Positions 8,178-17,633 are shown, counted from the first letter of the stretch. The stretch is 64,000 bases of DNA from an uncultured Candidatus Entotheonella sp. (GCA_965215335.1 CBDCDA010000002.1:992001-1056000); one strand, 5' to 3'. Notes: a model not told the origin generated them from the letters alone. Translations and numbers: made by a program.

Positions 8178-10855
8178 ATGGCCAATAAATCCGCAATCGA
8201 ATGGACGGACGCAACCTGGAACCCGGTCACGGGTTGCACCAAGATCACGCGCGGTTGCGATAATTGTTATGCCGAGCGCTTTGCCGAGCGTTTCCGCGGC
8301 ACTCCCGGGCATCCGTACGAGCATGGGTTTGACCTCAATCTTCGCTGGGACCGTCTTACCCAGCCGCTGTCGTGGAAGAGACCCCGCAGGATCTTCGTCA
8401 ATTCGATGAGTGATCTGTTCCACAAGAATATACCGACAGCGTTCATTGATCGCGTCTTCGGCACCATGGAGGCCGCCGATTGGCATGTGTTTCAGGTGCT
8501 CACGAAGCGAAGCGCGCTAATGAAGGATTATCTGCAAGAGAGATACGGGCAGAGCCCTGCGCCCCGGCACATTTGGTGCGGTGTTTCTGTCGAGGATCAG
8601 ATGGCGACGGCCAGAGTCCGGCATCTGCAGATGTCACCGGTACAGGTTCGTTTTCTTTCTATTGAACCGCTTCTGGGGCCTGTAGGGAAACTCGATCTCG
8701 AAGGGATATCCTGGGTAATTGTTGGCGGGGAGAGTGGACCGAACGCCCGACCCATGGAACCGCGTTGGGTTCTCGACATTCGGGACCTCTGCAAACAAAA
8801 TGGCGTTGACTTCTTCTTCAAGCAGTGGGGCGGGATGACGCCGAAAGCGGGCGGGCGCCGGCTCGAAGGGACTGAGCACAACGCCATGCCCGTTTACCCG
8901 ATAAAGGAGAAGAACTTGGAATTCAGATGGCATCCTGCCGAGTCTCCCCCTGTGATCGAGGAGCACAGCAGGGCGAAGCTCAATGTCTTACGCAGTTACC
9001 TTCGCGCCTATTTCGACAGGCTGAATGTCAGTCCGCATCGAGAGGAATTCAAGCTTGATCTTGTCGATGGCTTTTCCGGAGGTGGAACGTTTCAGGACCG
9101 CGATCAAATCGTGGCCGGCACGCCACTCATTATGCTTGAAGAAGTGGAAAACGCGAGGAAAAGACTGAACCGGCACCGCACGAAGACATTGCACTTCGAC
9201 TGTAAATGCTATTTCGTGGATGTGGAGGCGAGCCACACGGATCATCTTCGGAAGGTTCTTGCTGAACGTGGATACGAGGTCGACGACGACAAGATCGTCT
9301 TGCGCAACAGCCGCTTCGAGGACGAGGTCGATAGCATTCTGACCAATATCCAGCGACGGCAGCCCCGGGCCGGCCGTGCGATTTTCCTTCTCGATCAAAC
9401 CGGATTCGCGCAGGTGAAACTTGCGCTTGTCGCTCGGATTCTGCGTGAACTGCCGGCAGCGGAAGTCATAATGACGTTTGCTGCTGATGCACTCGTCAAC
9501 CATCTTGCGGAAACACCGTCCCTCATCAAGGCGGTTTCTCCGCTCGAATTGACGGAACCGCAGATACACGATTTCCTCCAATTCAAGGACGGTGATGGTG
9601 GAAAAGCCCTCGTCCAGAGGACACTGCGGGAGCACATTCGCATCGTGACGGGTGCGCCCTATGATACGCCTTTCTTCATCCGTCCTAGGTTCAGGACTCA
9701 TAACCAGAAGATGACCGTGGCAGCAATACAGATGGCGCTGTAGAAAGTGTGCGCACAGCGATCATGGCGTGTGGCGATACGGCGCCAATCCTTGAGGCGA
9801 CCGAACAGGCGCTCGATGAGATTACGGCTCTTGTAAAGCTCCGTGTCGTAGACAATCGGCTCTTTACGATTGGCACGGCCTGGAATACAGGGCTTGATCT
9901 TGCGCTCGGCAAGCGCCTTGCGCAGCCGGTTGCTGTCATAACCCTTGTCGGCAATCAGCACGTCGGCCTCCGGCAATGCGGGCGGCGCCATGTCTGCCCC
10001 GCGATAGTCGCTGACCCGGCCCGCAGTCAACACCATGACGACGGGCTTGCCGTCGCCGTCGCAGACGGCGTGAAGTTTCGAGTTGAGGCCGCCTCGGGTA
10101 CGCCCGACATGGCGCGGAAAAGCCCCCCCTCGAGCAGGCTGGCAGCGGTGCGATGCGCCTTGAGATGCGTGCTGTCGATCATGACGGTCTCGGTGGCCGT
10201 GCTGTCGGCGGCCAGGGTTTGGAAGATGCGGTCGAAGACACCGACCTTGCTCCAGCGCACGAAGCGGTTGTAGAGCGTCTTGTGGGGACCGTAGCAGGCG
10301 GGCGCGTGGCGCCACATCAGACCGTATCGAATGACGTGGATGATGCCGCTGATGACCTTTCGGTCATCGACGCGCGGGACGCCGCGCACCTTGTTGGGTA
10401 GCAGGGGTTGGAGTCGGGCAAACTGCGCATCGGAGAGCCAGAAGTGATGATCGGGCATGATGAACCTCCCCATGGAGTCAGGGTCTTGAATCCGATATGT
10501 TCAATGATAACCCTTTATAGGTCCTGAGCCTAGGCAATCGCGTCGTGCTTTATGGTTCCTTCATCTGTCAAAACATCCTACGGCGCGTGATGTGATGATC
10601 CGGTGCCACTGGGAGATCCAGAATCTGTTCGAGCACTATGGTTCCGGCGACTTCGAGATGCTGGGCTGGGACGCTTTGAACTCCGGAACGTTGCCGCTGT
10701 TTCATTTCGAAGACTTTGAAGCGAAGCAGATGAGGGTGCAGCTTCTCGGTTCGATGCCCAATGAATTATTCAGTCTGGTGTCTGAGGCACCCATTACCAT
10801 CGATGCGATGCGGCACATGTTTGCAAACAGGACGGCCGCTCGATTCTCTGACCTT
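8178..10855 (+). pseudogene. DUF5131 (phage Gp37/Gp68, three-Cys) fused to three-Cys-motif partner TcmP-like domain; IS5-interrupted and 3'-truncated
   Basis: IEWTDATWNPVTGCTKITRGCDNCYAE, FVNSMSDLFH and FFFKQWGG continue in frame into EHSRAKLNVLRSYL, VDGFSGGG and FLLDQTG. Removing the IS gives FFIRPRQSRRALWFLHLSKHPTARDVM...ARFSDL. Confidence 0.8.
9688..10530 (-). mobile_element. IS5 family (IS427-like group) element, copy 1, two-ORF transposase
   Basis: Ends GGTTCAGGACTCATAA / TTTATAGGTCCTGAGCC, with TA duplicated within a CCTAGG target. ORFA (10027-10473: LSDAQF, VDDRKVISGI, IDSTHLKAH) and ORFB (GGLNSKLHAVCD, ADKGYD, RNLIERLFGRLKDWRRIATR) meet at a G7 run. Confidence 0.93.
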
Positions 10856-11194
10856 CAGGCGCATATCCAAGCCAGTCTGTCCCCACAACTGGGCCGCCGG
10901 CACTCCGTAGTGCGGATCGATCTCGTAGCCCGTGGCACATCTGATCCTTTTCTTCGGAAAGACGTCGAGCAAGGCCGAATAGAATGATCCGGTTCCGATG
11001 GCGGGATCGATGAAGCGGACGCGGTTACTTTCATCGAGTTGGGCTGCAGCATATCGCAGAAGGTCGGCGGCCAAAGCCGGTGACGTTGCGAACTGTCCCT
11101 TGCGGTTCCGTTCGGCTTGGGTTTTTGCCGCGTCCAGCGTCTCCTGCAGGGCCAAGCGGCGTTTCTCGAAGCCCTTACCTTTTGTCCTGCTCAT
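10855..11194 (-). pseudogene. N6-adenine methyltransferase of the XamI-like system, only the first ~113 codons remain
   Basis: MSRTKG...KTQAERNRKGQFATSPALA...FIDPAIGTGSFY...GYEIDPHY. The gene breaks off before the NPPY motif, where it meets the TcmP fragment on the opposite strand. Confidence 0.75.
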
Positions 11195-11195
11195 C

Positions 11196-12991
11196 TCAGA
11201 GTCCAAATTCTCGAAGATCGTCAATACGATGTTCCCAGACCCAATCAATGCCTTCAGCCGCTTCGTAACCTAGGCTCAGGACCTATAAAGGGTTATCATT
11301 GAACATATCGGATTCAAGACCCTGACTCCATGGGGAGGTTCATCATGCCCGATCATCACTTCTGGCTCTCCGATGCGCAGTTTGCCCGACTCCAACCCCT
11401 GCTACCCAACAAGGTGCGCGGCGTCCCGCGCGTCGATGACCGAAAGGTCATCAGCGGCATCATCCACGTCATTCGATACGGTCTGATGTGGCGCCACGCG
11501 CCCGCCTGCTACGGTCCCCACAAGACGCTCTACAACCGCTTCGTGCGCTGGAGCAAGGCCGGTGTCTTCGACCGCATCTTCCAAACCCTGGCCGCCGACA
11601 GCACGGCCACCGAGACCGTCATGATCGACAGCACGCATCTCAAGGCGCATCGCACCGCTGCCAGCCTGCTTGAGGGGGGGCTTTTCCGCGCCATATCGGG
11701 CGTACCCGCGGCGGCCTCAACTCGAAACTTCACGCCGTCTGCGACGGCAAGCCCGTCGTCATGGTGTTGACTGCGGGCCAGGTCAGCGACTATCGCGGGG
11801 CAGACATGGCGCTGCCCGCATTGCCGGAGGCCGACGTGCTGATTGCCGACAAGGGTTATGACAGCAACCGGCTGCGCAAGGCGCTTGCCGAGCGCAAGAT
11901 CAAGCCCTGTATTCCAGGCCGTGCCAATCGTAAAGAGCCGATTGTCTACGACACGGAGCTTTACAAGAGCCGTAATCTCATCGAGCGCCTGTTCGGTCGC
12001 CTCAAGGATTGGCGCCGTATCGCCACACGCTATGATCGCTGTGCGCACACTTTCTACAGCGCCATCTGTATTGCTGCCACGGTTATCTTCTAGTTATGAG
12101 TCCTGAACCTAGGTAACCGCTATCAAAGTATCCACACAGGAACAAAATGAATCGTACGTCCGGGCCGTAAGTATGGCGCAACTGAGTCATCTTCATACCC
12201 TCTTCCTTGCGGCGCTTGTTGACGTTCGTGTAATCACCCGCGGACTTCGCCTCGATGAGCAGGGGCAATTGACCCACCCTGGCGCCTTTGGGCATCACGA
12301 CAGCATCCACTGGGATGTTGACCTGCCTGTCAGTTCCCTCCCGTTCCACAGGCACGTTCAGTCGGAACGCAAAGGTTCCTGGAGGCATTGTGTCATGTCT
12401 CGCGCCTTCGCCAGCCAGGTCGTAGTCGAGACTCGTCAGCCACTCACGGATTCGTGCAAGTTGACGCCTCTCTTGCTCATTGCGAATGATCGGGTTCGCC
12501 ATTGAACCACATAGGCGGTCGGCCACGATCGTGGCTGCTCTGTATACTTCCTGTTCGGTCGGGTCGGTATGACGCTGGAGCCACACGAAGATGTCGGGGT
12601 CGGCCATCCTCCGGATGATCTCAGCGATCCTTCCAAGGTCACGGTCCAACTCGTAGGCTGGCATTCGTGAGGGCAGCTCACGGGCTCTTTCCATCACCCT
12701 GACAAGGTTCCTCGAAACGCCGGCAAGGCCGATAAGTCTGTCCACGGCCAGCGGCGGGCAGGTTGACATCCTCAGCGTTGGCAGGACCGCGGGGTTCGCC
12801 TTGAGCAGAGCCACACCGACGTCCCTCAGGCTGTTCGTTGCTTCCAGGGTTTCTCGGACCTCTTCGGTTGTTTGTGCCCGTGTCGTCCTGTAGGTTTCCG
12901 GGGCAAACTGCCGGAACCAGTCGTTGTACATGTCCACCGACTGGGCAATGTCCTGATTCCACCGATCAGGTTTATCCAGGTTGACCGCCAT
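11196..12991 (-). pseudogene. XamI-family restriction endonuclease interrupted by IS5 copy 2
   Basis: MAVNLDKPDRWNQDIAQSVDMYNDWF, LIEAKSAGDYTNVNKRRKEE, LCGYFDSGYL. The gene resumes after the IS as GYEAAEGIDWVWEHRIDDLREFGL*. Confidence 0.85.
11273..12109 (+). mobile_element. IS5 family element, copy 2 (inverted relative to copy 1)
   Basis: Near-identical to copy 1, with TA duplicated at 11271-72 and 12110-11. It has a 6-bp deletion (CDGDGKP to CDGKP) and TGG to TAG two codons before the ORFB end. Confidence 0.93.
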
Positions 12992-12998
12992 CGTTACT

Positions 12999-13269
12999 CC
13001 AATACTTCGGACAGTCTTGAGAGCAAGGTAGCCGCACGGGTTCTCCAATTCTAGTTGTGTTAGCCCACGCAACCAAAGAATGGAGGTGTCCCGTGGTCGG
13101 GTAAGGAAGTGCCATTGATGGCATTCTGACCAGAAATATCTGCCGCCGTTCCAGGAGCCTTGCTGGGCAAATCAGGATCGGCCGCTGCTCACGTCCGTAT
13201 AGCACCAAGAGCTTTGCAACTATGGCACGATCGCTGACAGGGCGGCCTAAATTCTGTCCGAAGTATTGG
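12999..13269 (+). mobile_element. MITE-like, internally deleted IS derivative with 16-bp perfect terminal inverted repeats
   Basis: CCAATACTTCGGACAG (12999-13014) pairs with CTGTCCGAAGTATTGG (13254-13269). Positions 13204-13268 match 37114-37178 at 58/65 and encode ..QELCNYGTIADRAA*. Confidence 0.7.
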
Positions 13270-13358
13270 GAGATGTCACCCTTCTGGTTTACAAATCCGG
13301 GCGCACGCAGAACACGTCTATTTCTCGCCCGGCGATGCGCCGCCTGCAAATCGTTCTG

Positions 13359-13589
13359 TCAACAAGAGTTCAGGCATAGCCCGCAGGCCAACTCTTCAAG
13401 TTTGGCCACATCGCGCCGAACAATAGTCTTCGCGCATTCGAGACAATAGTGATTCCAGCTTCGCCCATTGCGAACCTTGAGACGCTTGTCGCCACGTTCT
13501 ATGCGATGCCGGGTGTTGCCCTGGCAGTTGTGGGCGTGCTGTGCCGAGTCCACCTCGACGCGAGTGAGGAGTGATCTAATTTTTGGCAC
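13359..13589 (-). CDS. Small (76 aa) Cys/His zinc-finger-like protein
   Basis: GTG start overlaps the helicase 3' end. MPKIRSLLTRVEVDSAQHAHNCQGNTRHRIERGDKRLKVRNGRSWNHYCLECAKTIVRRDVAKLEEL. Confidence 0.7.
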   Translation of the reverse strand: MPKIRSLLTRVEVDSAQHAHNCQGNTRHRIERGDKRLKVRNGRSWNHYCLECAKTIVRRDVAKLEELACGLCLNSC

Positions 13590-15396
13590 CGAAGACCTCC
13601 TGAACGGCGTCATCAAGAATGCCGGAGAAATTTTCCTCAATCTGGTCCAACTCGGGCCGGGTGAACTCATGGCGTTCGCCGGATTGGCGGCCTACGGCGG
13701 TATTCACCAACCGGTCGATGGCGGATTTGAGCACGACGAAATTGGTCCGGCCAAGGTGTTGCCGGTCGAGGTCACGGCCTTCTGGATTGATGTCCCGCTC
13801 CGCAAGAATCCTTCCAGCCTCGGTGCGTATCCGCATGTCGAGGCTGCGGCGCATGGCTTGACGCTGGCGGACGCGAGTAACGGGAACGGGTTCAAGTTCG
13901 TCATAAGCCTGTTTTACTTGGTCCGACGTGTAGCCCTTTTCCTGAAGAATTCTAAGAGCGGCCAATGCCTCGGGATCTTCAACGATCAAGGGAATCTCCT
14001 CGAGCTCAATAGCGGTCTGGCTGCGTACGTCGAAGCGTTTCCTGTCACCTGAGTCAGGGATCGGAGGCACCACCTCAAGCTCGTCGCCAGAATCGAAATC
14101 GAGACCTTCCACGGGGAGAAGCTGGTCGAAGAATTCTTGGTCTGCTTCACTGTATTCCTGGAAGTCGGCCCACCGACTGGCGACGTTGGCCCCGGCATGA
14201 AAGACCACGCTTCCGTGATTGAGGACATGTCCGGGTGCATTTTGCTTGATGACTCGCATGATGCGGCCGACGAACTGGATGAAGGGTGAGAGGTTGGCGA
14301 AAATACTGAAGACGGCTGCGACGGCCAGAAAGGGGTGGTCGAAACCCTCGCCAAGCTTGCGGACCTGCACGATCACATCCAGCTCGTGATTTTCGAGTCT
14401 TTGCAAGACATGCTCGTTAGCCGCGCTGTCCTCGCGGGAATGCACATAGTCGGCGTGGCGCCCCCGGGCACGGTAAGCCTGGACTATTTGACAACAGTGT
14501 TCATAGTTGAGAGCCGAAGCGATGATCTTGAGGCGATTGTTGTCGGCAGTTTGGCGGAGCTTGTCCAACTCGCGGATAGAAGCGTCAACGATGGTGTTCA
14601 ATGTCTCGGTTGAGGTCACGATGCTACGCCGAAAATCGGCGTCCTGCTCGCCAAGGCGACGCACTTCCTCAAGGCCGACCTCGATCTCCCGCCCGTCTTC
14701 GCGACGGACATAGCGCAAAGTGCGGGGGTTGAGAACAACCGCCTTGAGACGTTTAACGTAACCTTCCTGAATGGCCCGGAACACCGGGTAGGAATAGAGG
14801 ATACGTCCGGCCATGAGCTGGCCATCGGCTCGCAACGGCGTGGCGCTGAAATTGACAACCCGCGCGTCAGGGAATTTGGCCTTGAGGGTGTTCCAGCTCT
14901 GCGCGACGCTGTGATGGCCTTCGTCGAAAAGGATAAGGTCGAAGAAGTCGCCCGGCAGATTCTGAAGCCAGCGATTTTCCTCGCCCTGGAGCTGCTGGAT
15001 GTTGGCAAGCACAATATCGGCTTCCTCAAGGTCGGCACGATTGGTCGTCGTGCCTTGGATTCTGGCGAGCTCGGGATAAGGCTGGCCCTGCAGGACGCTG
15101 CACTTGCTGTAGAACATATCCGGGTGGGCCGGGTCGAAGCCGTTGTGAAGCTGCTCGGCGATTTTCACGCCAGGGGCTACAACGAGGGTGCGCACGGCGC
15201 GGAAGGCGAAGGGGGCTATCGTGATGCAGCCAGATTTGCCGCAGCCTACGGGCAGGACAATTCCAACTTCGCGTTCCGGGTCATCCGGGTCCCCGGCCAA
15301 AGCGACAAGCGCGGTGTATGCCTCCCGCTGAGGCGCGCGAAGAAGGGGGTTGCCGGTGATTGATGGCTCCCGTGTCTGGAAAGGATTATTTTCCAC
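13576..15396 (-). CDS. SF2 (ResIII-like DEAD/DEAH) helicase/ATPase with an uncharacterised C-terminal region
   Basis: 606 aa. LRAPQREA (Q motif), LPVGCGKS (Walker A), FDEGHH (motif II), FSATPLR (III), LGEGFDHP (V), QFVGRIMR (VI). Confidence 0.88.
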   Translation of the reverse strand: MENNPFQTREPSITGNPLLRAPQREAYTALVALAGDPDDPEREVGIVLPVGCGKSGCITIAPFAFRAVRTLVVAPGVKIAEQLHNGFDPAHPDMFYSKCSVLQGQPYPELARIQGTTTNRADLEEADIVLANIQQLQGEENRWLQNLPGDFFDLILFDEGHHSVAQSWNTLKAKFPDARVVNFSATPLRADGQLMAGRILYSYPVFRAIQEGYVKRLKAVVLNPRTLRYVRREDGREIEVGLEEVRRLGEQDADFRRSIVTSTETLNTIVDASIRELDKLRQTADNNRLKIIASALNYEHCCQIVQAYRARGRHADYVHSREDSAANEHVLQRLENHELDVIVQVRKLGEGFDHPFLAVAAVFSIFANLSPFIQFVGRIMRVIKQNAPGHVLNHGSVVFHAGANVASRWADFQEYSEADQEFFDQLLPVEGLDFDSGDELEVVPPIPDSGDRKRFDVRSQTAIELEEIPLIVEDPEALAALRILQEKGYTSDQVKQAYDELEPVPVTRVRQRQAMRRSLDMRIRTEAGRILAERDINPEGRDLDRQHLGRTNFVVLKSAIDRLVNTAVGRQSGERHEFTRPELDQIEENFSGILDDAVQEVFGAKN

Positions 15397-15617
15397 AGCA
15401 TGACCTCCATTCTATGCTTGAGGATCGTGAACGGGGTGTAACGTCGGCGACAAATGTTTGATTCTGCTACTGTCTGAGGGCAGGTCTTTGACTGTGGCGG
15501 TGCTGTTTATCTGTTCTGAGCCTGACAATTGATCGGGTAAAGGCGATTCTCTCCCTGAAATGGGGACCCGTGACGGAAGGGCAAATCCGCCACGGGGAAA
15601 TCAGGGGCCTATTCGCT

Positions 15618-15839
15618 TCAGCCCTGTGGCGGATACGGGTCATTGCCATGGGAATCGCGTTCCCGAAATCGGCCATGCCGGTCGTGGATGAACAACTCAG
15701 TCCCTTGATTGCGGGCGATATTGCGCCCGGCCTCGATAGCTTCCTTTTGGGTCGGGTGAACCGACGACGCACGCTGGCTACCGGCACCGCGGACTGCCCA
15801 GCCGTCTTTATGCGGGACGACATGCTGATTGCGCCTCAC
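15618..15839 (-). CDS. DUF2188 family protein
   Basis: NQHVVPHKDGWAVRGAGSQRAS..HPTQKEAIEAGR.IARNQ.TELFIH...GRFRERDSHGNDPYPP, with RBS GGAGG. Confidence 0.88.
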   Translation of the reverse strand: MRRNQHVVPHKDGWAVRGAGSQRASSVHPTQKEAIEAGRNIARNQGTELFIHDRHGRFRERDSHGNDPYPPQG

Positions 15840-15897
15840 AATTGACCTCCTGAATCAATGATGTTTTCTCCGTCTTTACCCTAAGTATGAACCGGTA

Positions 15898-15953
15898 TTG
15901 ACGGTATGCCAATTGGGTTTATATTGCAATGTTATACAGAAAAACTGTAAACC
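15898..15953 (+). promoter_or_regulatory. Putative sigma70 promoter with flanking inverted half-sites (candidate XRE operator)
   Basis: TTGACG-16 bp-TATATT. GGTTTA (15916-21) and TAAACC (15948-53) are inverted. Lies in an AT-rich divergent intergenic region. Confidence 0.45.
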
Positions 15954-15969
15954 ACAAGCTCAATGATGG

Positions 15970-17067
15970 GTGATGTTCGGAGAACGATTGAAATTAGCCC
16001 GAAAAAGGGCAGGGCTCTCGTTGAGGCAGTTGTCGGACGCGTTGGAGAGGGAAGTCAGCGCACAGGCCATCGGAAAATACGAACGTGGCGAAATGATGCC
16101 GAGTTCGGGCGTGCTGTCACGGCTGGCAAGTGTGCTGGATGTATCGCTGGAATATCTGCTCAGCGAGCAGGTTGAGAAATTGGATGGCATTGAGTTCCGG
16201 AAGGCATCGAGTACGACTGCCGGAACTCGCGCTCGTGTGCAGACGGAAGTCATCGATCACCTTCAGCGTTATCTCGCCATCGAAGAAATTCTTGGATTGG
16301 ATAGGAGCTGCTGGAAGGCCCCGCGAAACGGCAACCGGTTCCTAGGGACCGAAGACGAGGGCGAAATCTTGGCGCGAGATTTGCGCAAGGAATGGAAGCT
16401 CGGTATCGAGCCGACTCCGAATATGACGGCCCTGCTGGAGGACAAGGGCATAAAGGTACTGCTCTTCCAGTTGCCGAAAGGGGTTTCCGGGCTGACGGCC
16501 TTGGTCCGCAGGTCACGCCTCGGGAGTACGGTTCCTGTCATCGTCGTAAATCGGGCTATCACGCTCGAACGAAGACGTCTTACCATGGCACATGAGTTGG
16601 CTCACAGGCTTATCGCTGCCGACTCACCAGTAGATTATGAAAGGGCCTCCAATATATTTGCCGGCGCGTTTCTTGTTCCCTTCGACCATCTGGTGGCTGA
16701 GATTGGAAAGCAGCGAAACGCCCTTGGTTATCGAGAAATCATGCACTTGAAGCGGATGTACCGCGTCAGCGCTGCGGCCCTTCTCATGCGGTTACGGCAG
16801 GTGGGAATTATCGATCAATCAGCCCTTGCCTATGCGTTTCAGACATTTGCACGCAAATGGCGCTCGGCCGAGCCGGACCCTTTGGAGCCGGAAGGTGAGA
16901 AAGGCGAGCACGAAGTTCCGCGTCGATTCGAACGCTTGTGTTATTGGGCACTGGCTGAAAAGCTGATATCCCCGGCCAAGGCCGGGGAGCTGCTCCGGCA
17001 GTCCCTGTCGCAAATCGAACAAGGATTAAGGGGGCCTACCGAAGCCGATGTCGAAGGTGTTGGGTGA
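15970..17067 (+). CDS. XRE HTH - ImmA/IrrE Zn-metallopeptidase fusion
   Basis: FGERLKLARKRAGLSLRQLS...IGKYERG (HTH), RRRLTMAHELAH (HExxH) and ERASNIFAGAFLVP. Confidence 0.9.
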   Translation: MMFGERLKLARKRAGLSLRQLSDALEREVSAQAIGKYERGEMMPSSGVLSRLASVLDVSLEYLLSEQVEKLDGIEFRKASSTTAGTRARVQTEVIDHLQRYLAIEEILGLDRSCWKAPRNGNRFLGTEDEGEILARDLRKEWKLGIEPTPNMTALLEDKGIKVLLFQLPKGVSGLTALVRRSRLGSTVPVIVVNRAITLERRRLTMAHELAHRLIAADSPVDYERASNIFAGAFLVPFDHLVAEIGKQRNALGYREIMHLKRMYRVSAAALLMRLRQVGIIDQSALAYAFQTFARKWRSAEPDPLEPEGEKGEHEVPRRFERLCYWALAEKLISPAKAGELLRQSLSQIEQGLRGPTEADVEGVG

Positions 17068-17143
17068 CATAAATTGCATGATCGACCTGCGCAAGGTGGG
17101 CTTGTTGGAGGCCATCCTTCGGTTTCCTCGCCGTTTCATCTTT
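17048..17143 (+). pseudogene. PIN-domain-like gene, only ~32 N-terminal codons left
   Basis: MSKVLGDINCMIDLRKVGLLEAILRFPRRFI overlaps the XRE-ImmA end. It is cut exactly at an IS5-end-like motif. Confidence 0.55.
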
Positions 17144-17163
17144 TTTATAGGTCCTGAAGTTAG
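17144..17163 (-). mobile_element. Solo IS5-like end remnant
   Basis: TTTATAGGTCCTGA (14 bp identical to the IS5 left end), then 3 nt and TAG at the same spacing as in the full copies. Confidence 0.55.
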
Positions 17164-17633
17164 ATCAATTTTCGCATGCCTATACGGGATGCCCGCCATA
17201 GGCAAACCAAGCCTGATTACCCGATGCCGTGATAGACCAGACATACGAACCGCAAACCGCTATAAAGCCGGATTACATGCAGACGACACGGCATCGTGCC
17301 GGTCCTTGGGGCATAGGCCTACCCGTACATGCGTGGCGCGGACGACGACGGCATGGCGTTGCGAGTAAGCAGGGGTCTTTTCCACCGAAAGGAAAAGCCT
17401 CGCCGGAATGGAGTTGGATTTCCCGTTCGCACCATTTCCGAGATCGCACAAGGGCTACTGCACCCAGAGACGGTTGCTGTTGCGGTGTTTGTATTGTTCT
17501 GGGGCGGCCGCTGACGCTGGATGAAACTTAGTATTCCACCAATGTGGCCCGGCGGATCAACGCAATGCTGCAGCTGACGGCGATGCCGACGTTGATAACG
17601 GCGGGATAGTGACGGGTCAGGAGACGATAGTTG

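Noticed and set aside
8178..8890. Prophage suggested by the 'phage Gp37/Gp68' family name
   Set aside because: No structural, packaging, lysis or integrase genes anywhere in the window.
10853..10858. CTTCAG (Eco57I site) at the deletion junction
   Set aside because: A 6-mer that recurs by chance; no evidence for an enzyme with this specificity here.
9688..12109. Composite transposon inserted as a unit
   Set aside because: Each IS has its own TA duplication and interrupts a different gene that resumes on its other side.
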